Shown here in pieces: positions 33,888 through 47,226 of a stretch of 64,000 bases of DNA. This DNA comes from Eledone cirrhosa (lineage: Eukaryota). Position numbers and translations under genes: made by a program. The DNA is taken from the NCBI GenBank assembly GCA_964016885.1, contig OZ024741.1:66588001-66652000 (forward strand), read 5' to 3'. The first letter of the stretch is position 1. Each line of letters opens with the position of its first letter. The notes under the pieces were generated by a model. The model saw only the letters and a list, made by a program, of their open reading frames with translations, had not been told where the DNA came from and ran no database searches.

Positions 33888-34675
33888 GTAGTAATAATAA
33901 TAGTAGTAGTAGTTGTAGTAGTGGCGGTGGTAGTAGTAAGAGTAGTGGCGGTGATGGTGGTGGTGGTAGTAGTGGTGGTAGTGGTGGTGAGTAGTAGTGG
34001 TGAGTAGTGGTGGTAGTAGTGGTAGTAGTGATAGTGGTGGTGGTAGTGGTAGTGGTGGTGGTAGTAGTGGTCGTAGTAGTGGTGGTAGTAGTAGTAGTAG
34101 TGGTGGTAGTAGTGATAGTGGTGGTAGGAGTAGTAGTGGTGGTAGTAGTGGTAGTGGTGGTAGTAGTGGTAGTGGTAGTAGTAGAAGTAGTGGTGGTACT
34201 AGTGGTGGTAGTAGTGGTGGTAGTGATGGTAGTAGTAGTTGTAGTAGCAGTAGTAGTAGTAGTAGTGGTGGTAACAGAAGTAGTAGTAGTATTAGTAGTA
34301 GTAGTAATAGTAGTATTAGTAGTAGTGGTAGTGATGGTCGTAGTAGTGGTAGTAGTAGTTGTAGTGGTAGTAGTGGTAATACTAGTATTAGTAGTAGTTG
34401 TAGTTGAGGTAGTAGTAGTTATAGCAGCAGTAGTAGTAGTAGAAAAAGAAGTAGTAGTAGTAATAAGAGTAATAGCAGTGGTAGTGGTAGTAGTAGTTGT
34501 GGGAGTAGTGGGATTAGAAGTAGGAGTGGTAGTAGTAGTATTAGTAGTAGTAGTTGTAGTAGTAGTAGTAGTAGTGGTTGTAATAGTGGTAGTGGTAGTA
34601 GTAGTGGTGGTAGTAGTAGTAGTAGTGGTTGTAGTAGTGAGAGTAGTAGTAGTAATAGTAGTAGTAGTACTAGTA
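33888..34675. repeat. (GTA/GTG)n trinucleotide tract
   Basis: Seen directly; source of the poly-V/S/G pseudo-ORFs. Confidence 0.95.
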
Positions 34676-34713
34676 TTTGTTGTTCTACTTCTTTCCCGTT
34701 TTCGTTTACTGCT

Positions 34714-36235
34714 TCCACCACCACCACTATCATCATAACCACCACCACCACCACCGCCATCACCACCACTACCACCACCACCACCACCACCACCACTATC
34801 ACCACCACCACCACCTCTATCACCATCATTATCACCACCACCAACACCACCAATACCACCACCACTACCACCACCACCACCGCCACCACCACCGCCACCA
34901 CCACCACTATCACCACCACCACCACCTCTATTACTATCACCACCACCAACACCGCCAATACCACCACCAACACCAACACCACCACCACCACCACCACCAC
35001 CACTACTACCACCACCACCCCACCACCACCACCACTACTACCATCACCACTACCACCACCACCACCACCACCACCACCACCACCACCACCACCACTACTA
35101 CCATCACACCCACCACCACCACCACTACTACCATCACCACCACCACCACCACCACCACCACCACCACCACCACCACCACCACCACTACCATCACCACCAC
35201 CACCACTACCACCACCACCACCACCACCACCACTACCATCACCACCACCACCACTACCACCACCACCACCACCACCACCACCACCACTACCATCACCACC
35301 ACCACCACTACCACCACCACCACCACCACCACTACCATCACCACTACCACCATCACCACTACCACCACCACTACCACCACCACCACCACCACCACTACCA
35401 CCATCACCACTACCATCACCACCATCACTACTACCACCACCACTACCACCACCACCACCACCACCACTACTACCATCACCACTACCACCACCACCACCAC
35501 TACTACCATCACCACTACCACTACCACCAACACCACCACCACCACCATCACTACTACCACCACCACCACCACCACCACTACTACCACCACCACTACCACC
35601 ACCACCACCACCACCACTACCACCATCACCACTACCACCACCACTACCACCACCACCACCACCACCACTACCACCATCACCACTACCATCACCACCATCA
35701 CTACTACCACCACCACTACCACCACCACCACCACCACCACTACCACCATCACCACTACCACCACCACTACCACCACCACCACCACCACCACTACCACCAT
35801 CACCACTACCATCACCACCATCACTACTACCACCACCACTACCACCACCACCACCACCACCACTACTACCATCACCACTACCACCACCACCACCACTACC
35901 ATCACCACTACCACCACCACCACTACTACCATCACCACTACCACTACCACCAACACCACCACCACCACCATCACTACTACCACCACCACCACCACCACCA
36001 CTACTACCACCACCACTACCACCACCACCACCACCACCACTACCACCATCACCACTACCACCACCACTACCACCACCACCACCACCACCACTACCACCAT
36101 CACCACTACCATCACCACCATCACTACTACCACCACCACTACCACTACCACCAACACCACCACCACCACCATCACTACTACCACCACCACCACCACCACC
36201 ACTACTACCACCACCACTACCACCGCCACCACCAC
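34714..36235. repeat. (CAC/TAC/CAT)n trinucleotide tract with internal higher-order units
   Basis: Seen directly; source of the poly-T/H pseudo-ORFs. Confidence 0.95.
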
Positions 36236-36316
36236 ATCACCATCCCTCTAGTACCATGTGTCCTGTACTATTAATTTAATTAAACACTTCGAAACAACAC
36301 TAATTGGACTCAATCA

Positions 36317-36785
36317 CGATGACGACTATGATGATGATGATGATGATAGTGGTGATGGTGATGATGGTGATGATGATGATGGTGGTGGTGAGGGTGATAA
36401 TAATGGTGATGGTGATGGTGATAATGATGATGATGATAGTGGTGATGGTGGTGATGATGGTGATGGTGAGGGTGATAATGATGGTGGTGTTGGTGGTGAT
36501 GGTGGTGATGATGGTGATGGTGATGATGATGATGGGTGTGAGGGTGAGGGTGATGATGATGGTGATGATGATTATGATGATGATGATGGTGATGATGATA
36601 ATGATGACGGTGATGATAGTGGTGCTAAATGGCCATGTTAATGATGATGATGATAGTGGTGGTGATGGGGCTGTTGAAGATAATGATATTGAATTTGATG
36701 ATGCCGATGATGATGATAATGTTAATGGTGATGATTATTGTGATGATGATGGTGGTGATGAATGGTGATTGTATGGACGACGATG
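36317..36785. repeat. (GAT/GGT)n tract
   Basis: Seen directly. Confidence 0.9.
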
Positions 36786-36813
36786 CCGCAATAGAGAAAC
36801 CATTGGTATTATT

Positions 36814-37146
36814 ATTGGCAGTATCAGTAGAGGGTCGGACGCCATGCTTTGACGCAAAGAGTTACGGCCCTTTCCATTCTGAGTTCAAATCCCGCCGAGG
36901 TTAACTTTGCCTTTCATCCTTACGGGGCCGATAAAATAAAGTACCAGTAATGCACTGGGTAATTGCTGGCCTTGTGCCAAACGCAGAAACAATTATTACA
37001 TTGAGTTCAAATCCTGCTGAGGATAGCTTTGCCTTTCATCCTTACTGGGTCGATAAAATAAAGTACCAGTAATGCACTGGGATCGATTTAATCGACTTTC
37101 CCTCCCCAAACTTGCTGACCTTGTGCCTAAATCAGAAACCATTATA
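36814..37146 (+). mobile_element. Two tandem SINE family A copies (36814-36997 and 5'-truncated 37002-37146)
   Basis: Both contain GAGTTCAAATCC..CTTTGCCTTTCATCCTTAC. The second has the longer 3' variant GATCGATTTAATCGAC. Confidence 0.9.
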
Positions 37147-37267
37147 ACTAGATGAGGGTGACGTCTTTTTCCTCTTTCTGTCACTCTCTCTCTCACACAC
37201 ACACAGACACACACAGACACACACACACACACACACGCACGCACACACACACACACACACACACAGA

Positions 37268-37359
<92 letters not shown>

Positions 37360-38024
37360 TTCTCTCTCTCTAAACAAATGACGTTCCTTTTCTCTCTCTA
37401 TATATATCTACATCGCTTTCGCTTGGCGCTCCTCTCTATATAGATGAGGGCGACATCGTAACTTTCTGGCTATCTACCTCTTTCTGTCACCTCGAAAACA
37501 CACGGCATTCCCCCCTCTCTCTCTCTCTCCATATCTCTCGCCTGGCACTCCACCTTTCTATATAAAGTGACCTTGACGGACGAAGGGACGGAGGGAGGGA
37601 CGGACACACAGGCAGACAACGCTCTTATTATAATACTAGACCACCCGTGACTCGTTGGGTCACATTCACTTAAAAATATAAAAAAAAAATCATGTTCACT
37701 TAAAAATAATTTTTGAATAATTAAAATATATACAGACATGTATATAATGTAAAATGATATTTTCAATCTACTCTCTCACAACCACTGTCACTTTCCTTCT
37801 ATCTTTCTCTCTCTCTATTTATGAAGGTACCCAGAAAAACCCCGTATCTCGAGAACCCTGCTCCGACTTACGCGAAACTTGTTTTATTCCATTTGTATTC
37901 CCATTTCAGGGGCAACTTCCTTTCAAAGTATTTTCCCATTATGCGCCGTTTTGGTTATATTAAATTACAGACAAGCACACAATCACAGGGTTTTAGTAGT
38001 ATATAGATAGATTGCTCGTTCCAC

Positions 38025-38565
38025 TTGAATGGTATTGAAGATGGTATTGGCAATGGTGGTGTTGCTGTTGGTAGTTATGATGGTGTTAGTAGTGGTAATG
38101 ATGATGTTCATAGTAGTGGGGATAGATTGTGGCGATGGTAGTGGTTGTATTGGGAATGGAAATGATGTTGACCCTGGTTTCGGTGAAAATGGTAGTGGTT
38201 GTGTTGGCAATGATAACAATGCTAGAGGAAGAGGGCGCTATTGCTGATGATGAGGAATATTGTGATGTTGATGATGATGATGACCACGACGATGATGATA
38301 ATGGTTGGCGATGGTGATGATGATGGTAGTGGGGAGGATGGTGATGATGATGTTAGTGGGGATGATGATGATGTTGATGATGATGATGGTGATGACGATT
38401 GTCATGTTGATAGTAGTGATGATGATGATGATGATGGTGATGATGGTAATGGTAGTGGGGATGATGATGATGATGTTGATGATGTTGATGATGATGATGA
38501 TGATGTTGATGCTAATGATGATGATGACGATGTCGGTGTTGATAATTATGATTCAGACGATGACG
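38025..38565. repeat. Degenerate (GAT/GGT)n tract
   Basis: Seen directly. Confidence 0.9.
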
Positions 38566-38904
38566 CAATATGCGCAATATACACAAATGTTTACATCTAA
38601 AAAGATGTTCGATTTAGCTTCCTAATTTAGAGGAGGACTGTTGTCAAGGACCGTACCATTTAGCTTAGTGGTTAGAGCAGTCCACCAGGATCTGAAAGAT
38701 ATGTACTTCGATTCCTCGTATCGTCCGCTGGCCACAGAGAGAGAGAGAGAGAGAACGGATGTGAAAAAGTGAGAGAGAGTGAAAGAGAGAGAGAGCGAGA
38801 GAGAGAAAGAGAATGGATGTGTGTGAGAGAGATATAGAGATAGAGAGTGAGAGATAGAGGGCGAGAGAGAGAGAGAGAGAGAGAAGGTGGGGGAGAAGGA
38901 GAAT

Positions 38905-39040
38905 CTACCCCGGTACCGAACTGGTATTTCTTTTTAGCAACCCCGAGAAGATGAATGCCAAAGTTGACCTTAGCGGTATTTGAACTCAGAGAGCGCAGAA
39001 TACCGGAAAGAAGACCGTAGGAAATTCTATCCGACGTTGC
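38905..39040 (-). mobile_element. Diverged SINE family A fragment
   Basis: CTGGTATT...AAAGTTGACCTTAGCGGTATTTGAACTCAGA. Confidence 0.7.
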
Positions 39041-39127
39041 ACACCCAAAAGTATTCGTAAATCTTTGTCTTTCTATAAAATTATGTCAGCTGATTAAACT
39101 GGCTTAGTTAGACTATACTATAATATA

Positions 39128-39375
39128 CGGGCGTGGCCTAGTGGTAAGGGTATCGGACTTACGATCATAATGTCATTTGGTTCGATTCCTGGGCTGAGTT
39201 GTGTTGTGTTCTTGAGCAAAATACTTCATTTCATGTTGTTCCAATATATTCAACTGAAAATGAGTATCAGTAATAGCTGGAGGTTTAAACCGGCGATGGA
39301 CTGGCGTCCTATCCAGGAGCAGTTTTGTACTCTGAGTCGCTTCACGCCTCGGAAACCGGGATAAGCACTGGCTTG
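39128..39375 (+). mobile_element. tRNA-derived SINE, third family
   Basis: GGCGTGGCCTAGTGGTAAGG A-box and GGTTCGATTCC B-box, then GTGTTCTTGAGCAAAATACTT core-like body. Confidence 0.75.
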
Positions 39376-40239
39376 ATGAGCCTCCGAGCTCGAGACAGAT
39401 ATACTATACTGGTGAGGTATAAAAGACAGAAACATAGATATAGTTTACTCCTTGCCTCCAGCAACAATTGACTTTCTTTCTCTTAAATATATAATACATT
39501 ATACACTGCAAGGCAAAGAGATGATAAAAACTAGCCGTAAATTCACATGAACAGGCGATTTTCATTGAGATCCCTCATCCATTATATTCCATGGCAACAT
39601 TTGTCTTCCCAAAACAATCCTACTCTATGAAATCCCTAATGGTTGTTCGTAATTCCTACGAAAAAACAAAACAAAACAAAAAACAACAACAATTATAAAC
39701 CATCTTCTGTGTATGAATGATTTAAAACTATTTATGGATGATATTAATACACCGAAGAACCTATTAAAATATGTATAATGAATTCAGCCGTTATACTTTA
39801 TCATTATTTGTTTTTTTTAGATACTATAATTTATTCGATATACAAGATCTGACAATGTCATGAAAGGCCATTGACATTATAGAAACATAATTGAGCTTTA
39901 TCTAATAAAAACAAAACAATACTAAAGGGAACAGAAAAGGAAGAAGAAAAAAGAAAAGGAAAAGGAGAAAAAAAAAGAAGGATCAAGTGCCGAAGGGAGA
40001 GGAGGAGGGACAGTCACTTGACCCCAGTCTGAAGGGTGCCTCAGCCGCGCCACGCGGATAAAACGGCAAAAGTGTTACCGTGGAGAGTGGGCAGAGACAC
40101 CCGCTACAACAGACGATATGTCGAAGCGAGTGTGTGGTTAGACAAATACAACAAAGTTACTGCTACAGGAATGGGTAAGTCAACCTGAGAACATTACATA
40201 CAGACACCAACATCAGAGAATTAGCTGAAAACTATCTCC

Positions 40240-40700
40240 ACAAATGTTTAAGTGATGTTTAACTGATGAGATGCAACTGAGAGAGATCAAACAGAAAATT
40301 AGAAGAGTTAAACTAAAATTAGAACTGTACTTTATGCTAGAAATATGATGAGTATATAGAGTATGTATACACTTGTTATTCCAATCGTAAACTACAGCTG
40401 CAATAAATTGGCAGTTATGGGAATTAGAGAACTTTGATAGGAAAATTAGAAAACTCATAACTGCGTTCCAAATGCACTGAGCTAAAACCGATATGAAGGT
40501 GGGGTTTGGTACAATCGAAAAAAGAAAAAAATTACAAAGTAAGAGCAGTGGGTCTAGAAAACTACTGAGAAGCAATCAAATTTAGCTAATTAGGGTAATA
40601 AAGTAACACGAAGAAAATATAAAAAAAAAATTCTCTTTATATAAAGGAACAATAAAGTAAAAACTTGTAGGTAACTATACAAAATAATAAAATTAGACAA
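40240..40700 (+). mobile_element. Highly degraded LINE fragment downstream of RT (R4/Dong-like)
   Basis: Translates to AAINWQLWELENFDRKIRKLITAFQMH*AKTD, resembling the INW..EL..LDRKTRKLLT...HHPKAD motif as recalled. Confidence 0.4.
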
Positions 40701-40759
40701 AAATAGAAGAGAAGTACAGGCAAGAGAAATATTGATTTTATGCACAGGTCAGTAAATTT

Positions 40760-41146
40760 AGGGGAAGGGAAAATTGGTTTAATCAACCCCAGTACTTTAC
40801 GGGTACTTTATTTTATCGATCCCGGAAGGATAAAAGGGCAAAGTTGACCGCGAAGGGACTTGAAGGCAGAAAGAAAAGAATTAAATGAAATAACTAATGG
40901 CTTTTTATCAGAGGTAGGATATATATTGGTTTCTGATTTAGGCACAAGGTCAACAATTTTTGGGGACGGGGGTGGGTCGATTAAATCAATCCTAGTGCAT
41001 TACTGATACTTTATTTTACCAACCCCGTAAGGATGAAAGGCAAAGCTAACCATGGTGGGATTTGAACTCAGAACGTAAGGGGACGTAATTATAGGCCACA
41101 AAGCATGTTGTCCGACTCTCTATCAACACTGTCAATCCACCGTCCT
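40760..41146 (-). mobile_element. Two SINE family A copies (partial 40760-40870; full 40927-41146)
   Basis: Reverse complement of the family A consensus. Confidence 0.85.
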
Positions 41147-41378
41147 AGGTAGGACAAATATTAAAAATGAAATTAAATTAGAACTTCCCAAATATACCCT
41201 TTCCACCATCCACAGTTAAGAGAAAAACTTCAAGACTTCTGCATGGCTTAATACTTAGCAATACGAGAGAGAGAGTGAGAGAGAGAGAGAGAGAACGTAA
41301 AGTGAACAATGTTTTTAAAAAAAACTGCCATAAATGTAGAATATGAAAGTCAGATTTTAGCTGTACAGAATACATTTC

Positions 41379-41411
<33 letters not shown>

Positions 41412-41629
41412 ACACACACACACACACATAATCACATATAAACACATATACCCACATATAAACACACATAATCACATATAAACACACGCATATACACACA
41501 TATACCCACACACACATAATCAAATATACACACCATCAGCATGCACATACAAACACACACACATTATCCCCACAAACACATACACGCACGCGCACAACAA
41601 AACTACGACGTGTCATCTTTAGCAAATGT

Positions 41630-41835
41630 CATTTACTATAACCCTGGGTCAACCGAAGCCTTGTCAGTGAAATTGCCTGGACGGAAACTGTTTGGAAGCT
41701 TGTCGGATGGACTGCACCTGCAATTCAAAGAGCAAATCTTATCGCACAATATGTCATTACGAATTATGTTAAGGATACACATGTCTGCGAAACACCCAGT
41801 CACTTACACTCATCGTCGAAACCAATGGAGGTCCA
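41630..41835 (+). mobile_element. SINE family B 3' portion
   Basis: Similar to 6960-7065 (TTTACTATA.CC..G.GTC.A...GCCTT...GTGAAATT...GGAAACTGTTTG.AAGC..GTCG). Confidence 0.6.
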
Positions 41836-42144
41836 TTCCATATCAAGAGATATAGTTGTGTAGGTAAGTATGTCAACTCGGAAATATGCCGACATTTCGA
41901 CATTGAAGAAATACGTGCCAAATCCTGTATATAGCAATGCTCCGGTTCCAATAATCAATTCACACAATGCACACTATGTACAACCACTGTCTGATACTGT
42001 AACACAACCTACACCAAATATAGTTTATAAATAAACAAAAACAAGTAAGTATACATATACTCATGTAACATTAAATACAATCTTCACCCAACAAAGCCAA
42101 GTAGATGTAACATACAAACATCATCTCATACTCTTAAAATATAA

Positions 42145-42359
42145 TACTTTCTAATATTGGAACAAGGGCAGCAATTTCGGAGAAGGCGAAAGTCGATTAT
42201 AACGACAGAGCACTTTATTGGGACTTTATTTTATCAATCTCGGAAAGATGAAAAGAAAAGTTGATCCTCGCGGGATTTGAACTCAGAACATAGAATGTCG
42301 TAACTAAACACCACAATCTATTTTGGCCGATTCTCTACCGGTATTGCCAAGCCAGCGCC
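42145..42359 (-). mobile_element. Diverged SINE family A
   Basis: GGGATTTGAACTCAGAAC...CTCTACCGGTATTGCCAA. Confidence 0.8.
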
Positions 42360-42861
42360 AGACAGCCTCAAAAGATAATACGGCAGATACCACAATAACA
42401 CACAGCCTTACTCAGGAATTGATCTAAGAAGTCAAGCCGTTCTATTCTTTTTGAAGTATTAGGCTAATAAGTATGACATGTTGTCCAATTTCCTCATACA
42501 CTTTTCGAAATCGGACATTCCATACTTAAATGACATGCTCTTAACAGCAACCACCTCAAAACATCTTTCTGTTGCCACAACCACACAGAACGACCTTATG
42601 GTCTCTAGAATTCAATAATTATCTATTTATTTATTTATTTATTTATTTATTTTTTCAATTTATACGTTCGTATAGAGCTAGTAAGCCATGACAGATTAGG
42701 AGAGGTATCTAATACACATTACAATTAAGAAACAAAAACAAGAGACAGGCAGAAAAAAAGGAAAGAAAGAAGCAAAAGAGTAGACAAAAGAAGCAAAAAA
42801 CAGAAAAAAAGGTGGAAAATCATGATAGCTATAAACATTTAAATTTTTTGTTGTTGAATCT

Positions 42862-43760
42862 TTTCGTAGCCTCTATATTTTGGAAGATCTTGTTTCGTAG
42901 CCTCTATATATTGGAAGATCTTGTTTCGTAGCCTCTATATTTTGGAAGATCTTGTTTCGTAGCCTCTATATTTTGGAAGATCTTGTTTCGTAGCCTCTAT
43001 ATATTGGAAGATCTTGTTTCGTAGCCTCTATATATTGGAAGATCTTGTTTCGTAGCCTCTATATATTGGAAGATCTTGTTTCGGAGCCTCTATATATTGG
43101 AAGATCTTGTTTCGTAGCCTCTATATATTGGAAGATCTTGTTTCGTAGCCTCTATATATTGGAAGATCTTGTTTCGTAGCCTCTATATTTTGGAAGATCT
43201 TGTTTCGTAGCCTCTATATATTGGAAGATCTTGTTTCGTAGCCTCTATATATTGGAAGATCTTGTTTCGTAGCCTCTATATTTTGGAAGATCTTGTTTCG
43301 TAGCCTCTATATTTTGGAAGATCTTGTTTCGTAGCCTCTATATTTTGGAAGATCTTGTTTCGTAGCCTCTATATATTGGAAGATCTTGTTTCGTAGCCTC
43401 TATATATTGGAAGATCTTGTTTCGTAGCCTCTATATATTGGAAGATCTTGTTTCGTAGCCTCTATATTTTGGAAGATCTTGTTTCGTAGCCTCTATATAT
43501 TGGAAGATCTTGTTTCGTAGCCTCTATATATTGGAAGATCTTGTTTCGTAGCCTCTATATATTGGAAGATCTTGTTTCGTAGCCTCTATATTTTGGAAGA
43601 TCTTGTTTCGTAGCCTCTATATTTTGGAAGATCTTGTTTCGTAGCCTCTATATATTGGAAGATCTTGTTTCGTAGCCTCTATATATTGGAAGATCTTGTT
43701 TCGTAGCCTCTATATTTTGGAAGATCTTGTTTCGTAGCCTCTATATATTGGAAGATCTTG
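42862..43760. repeat. 31-bp minisatellite, 29 copies
   Basis: Unit TTTCGTAGCCTCTATAT(A/T)TTGGAAGATCTTG; counted 18 A-type and 11 T-type units. Confidence 0.98.
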
Positions 43761-44730
43761 ACAATATATTGCACCTCCAATGCTGATAGTTTTTTTAAAG
43801 ACCAACTTTAAGATGCCTTCTTTCTCAGACTGGTAGTTTTACATTGGAACAAATAGTGCCATAGACTGTCTAAGTAGTCTTCACAAGAACAGAAAAGTGA
43901 TGCTGGACGACCCGTTCTTGATTAAATATACCTCAAATGTATATGGCCCGTTCGAACCTAACTTAGTCTTTGTTTAGTAACATTATTCAATGTCTAATAG
44001 TTCAAATAGTTCAATGTCTAATAGTTCAAATCCCGCCGAGGTTAACTTTGCCTTTCATCCTTACGGGGTCGATAAAATAAAGTACCAGTAATGCATTGGG
44101 TAATTGCTGGCCTTGTGCCTAAAGTAGAAACAATTATTCAATGTCTAATACGTTTTAAACGTTGACAGATAATAGAAGATTAAATTTACTTTTACTGAGA
44201 TGTTCAGATATTTTTGGATCAACCCTGCAATCCTACTCGAATAGAGAAGATTAAATGAGGGGTAAAGTTCAGTGTGATCCAATTAAAAATTGAGGGCATA
44301 TAACCCGAAAATCACAGTTTCGCTGATTGCTCCTGCAATCTTACGAAGTAGCTAATGTTGTTTAACTGGAATCTTTGCTTCCAAACAAACCCATACCACA
44401 CATATTCACACACATTGCTGCTAACATTATTATAAATAAGAGATAATAAAAAAGCAACTCTTACTAACCTAAGGATTCTTGGAGGGCCTCTCCAAGCGTC
44501 TAATGTTCATTATAGATTTAAAAGTTGCCATATACAGCAATATATAGACTTCTGATACAGTATCCACCAGAAGTTTATCATTGGAAGTCTTTATAGCGTC
44601 TCCTTCTTCGTTATTTTTTCCTTTGATATTTTTAGTGTTTAAAAGCTTCACCAACTTCTTGATCTTGCATAAAACAGTGTAATTCAAAAGTGTTTACTTT
44701 GGTGGCTGCTGTTAATGTAGTTGTTTGACT
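43761..44730 (-). mobile_element. Degraded LINE 3' region
   Basis: Minus strand ~43893-43820 encodes FCSCEDYLDSLWHYLFQCKTTSLRK, like the C-terminal CCHC knuckle of LINE ORF2. Extent is approximate. Confidence 0.45.
44024..44137 (+). mobile_element. 5'-truncated SINE family A with TSD
   Basis: TSD ATTATTCAATGTCTAATA at 43982-43999 and 44133-44150. Confidence 0.9.
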
Positions 44731-44791
44731 CAACACATTAAATATAAATAGTATATGTTTGTAGTACGTGCGTTGATTTATATAAGTGTAA

Positions 44792-44884
<93 letters not shown>

Positions 44885-45082
44885 AAAAAGAGATGAAATC
44901 GTAAATGCAACTGGAGTCTTATTTAAAAAAAATATATATATATTTATTTGGCAGTTCTTCTGCTTTTCAAAAGGTGAGTTGAGATGGAGGGTCTGTGGTT
45001 TTTCTCACATCTTTTTCTTTATACTTTCACTCGTGTAGGACACCTCGGTTATTTTTCAATTTGTAAAAAAACCCTCACTTTC

Positions 45083-45155
<73 letters not shown>

Positions 45156-45534
45156 GTACGTATAGATACATATAAGTGTTTGCATATAAAACAATAAGCA
45201 TTTAACAAGAAATCCATACCAGTTTGTCTGATTAATAAAAAATCACGCAACTCGATATCTAATACAAATAATTATTATGATCTATTTAATATAAAGCACT
45301 CAACTGAACTCAATATTTGCTATACAAACATTTAATACGTTCTCTAAATAGTTTTTTTTTTGTGTTGACATGCAATAAAATTACATTAAACGTGACTGTA
45401 ATATTGATATTTACGGTTTTCTTTTAACCATTATGATTTACACTCGTTCAATTTATTCATGAGTACATTTTTGTTGAATATTTGCATAAAAGAAAATAAT
45501 TAATCCTTAGATTGACTACTGCATCCGACAATTC

Positions 45535-46365
45535 TGCGTCAGTTCAGCTAAGCCAAGCTAGTATATTATTCACGCGTCTGTTCAGCTAAACCACACTGAT
45601 TATTATTGAATGCACCACTTCAGATAAGCGTGGCCGAATCACGATTTCTCCTACCATTTTAGATAAGTCGCACAGTGCTGTCTCGCATTGCAGACACCAT
45701 TTAAGCTATGCCGTGATGAGTATCTATTTTACATACCCTTTCAGTTAAGATTTACTGCTCCAATATGACTTGTGCTGAATCAGCCAACCCACGATGATAA
45801 CGTTTGTATTCCCTACTTAAGCTGAAGTTGCCTGAGTCACTTTTCTCGTGCCACTTCACCTAGGCTATGTTGAGTTACCATCTTCATCATTTCACGCGTC
45901 GTTTCAACTAAACCGTACTGATCTATTATCACTCATACAAAGTAAGTAGTCGTGTTGATCTCTTTTAAATATGCAGTTTTAACTGAATCTTAAGTGAATC
46001 ACTATCTCTCGTTCGCTCCAGTCATTGTTCGTTGCGAATAAACTAAGCCTTGTTGAGCAGTCGCTGCAAGCATTTCGTTAACTGCGCTATGTAGACAACA
46101 TTTGCACACACTGATTCAGCCATGCCTTGTTGATCCACTGTTGCACATACCGATTTAGTTAAACCTTGCTAGTCCATCCACCGTTCCACACACTGATTTA
46201 GTTAAAGCTTGCTGATCAACCATTGTACACACTGATTCAGTTAAACCTTGCTGACCAACCGTTGTACACACTTATTCAGTTAAACCTTACTGATCCACTG
46301 TTGCACATATTGAACATAAGCCGTGTTCAGTTACATACTTCTTAAACTGATCTATGTTGAGTCAT
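45535..46365. repeat. Old diverged ~39-bp minisatellite, about 20 units
   Basis: Core TTCAGCTAAGCC..G.TGA recurs at ~45543, 45581, 45619, 45658, 45701, 45740, 45779, 45817, 45855 and onwards. Units after 46105 are much more alike. Confidence 0.8.
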
Positions 46366-46644
46366 GATTATATACATATACTCACATACATATATTTATA
46401 CACACGTATTATTGCATCAACTAGCCTACGGAACTTATTAAATTCGTCCCAAAAGAAAGAAAAGAGATCTGTGTGGTTTATTCAAGACACAAACATTTAC
46501 TCCTGACACGACATTAGTTACTACGGTAACCTAACAAGGGAGAGAATTGCCTGGTTCAAACACATGTCAGCAAAATAAATCAAAAATAGAAGGCAAAAAC
46601 AAAAAAACAATATTAGCGACCAAAGCAAAATAAAATAAGATAAT

Positions 46645-47226
46645 AGTTTCTAATTTAGGTACAAGGCCAGCAGAGAGGAAGTCGATTATATCGATCCTAG
46701 TACTTGACTGGTACTATATTTTATCAACCCCGGACGGATGAAAGGCAAAGCTGATCACAATGGTATTGTATTTGAAATCAGAATTTAAAGAGCAGGAAAA
46801 AATATTGCATTTTGTCCAACGATTTCCCACCTCTGCTAACCAAAATAATTGTTTCTACTTTTGGCACAAGGCCAGCAATTACCCAGTGCATTACTGGTAC
46901 TTTATTTTATCGACCCCGTAAGGATGAAAGGCAAAGTTAACCTCGGCGGGATTTGAACTCAGAATGGCAAGGGCCGTAACTCTATACGTCAAAGCATGGC
47001 GTCCGACCCTCTACCGATACTGCCAATCCACTGCTAACCAAAATAATTGTTTCTACTTTAGGCACAAGGCCAGCAATTACCCAGTGCATTACTGGTACTT
47101 TATTTTATCGACCCCGTAAGGATGAAAGGCAAAGTCAACCTCGGCGGGATTTGAACTCAGATCGTAAAGGGACGTAACTATGCTGGAAAGCATGGCGTCC
47201 GACCCTCTATCGATACTGCCAATCCA
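46645..47226 (-). mobile_element. Cluster of three SINE family A copies (old 46645-46820; young 46846-47030 and 47044-47226)
   Basis: Reverse complement of the consensus; target sequence AACCAAAATAAT present three times. Confidence 0.92.

Noticed and set aside
33997-38625. Mucin-like poly-Thr, poly-Val and Asp/Gly-rich ORFs
   Set aside because: Pure trinucleotide tracts open in most frames on both strands, with no unique domain or splice context.
38660-38720. tRNA gene
   Set aside because: A and B boxes are present but the cloverleaf does not pair; more likely a decayed SINE head.
41772-41869. Open frame ending at AG|gtaagt
   Set aside because: Most of it is the tail of a SINE and there is no credible acceptor.
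42862-46365. CRISPR-like arrays (31-bp and ~39-bp repeats)
   Set aside because: The 31-mer has no spacers. The 39-mer's variable parts are homologous to each other. Eukaryotic context and no cas genes.
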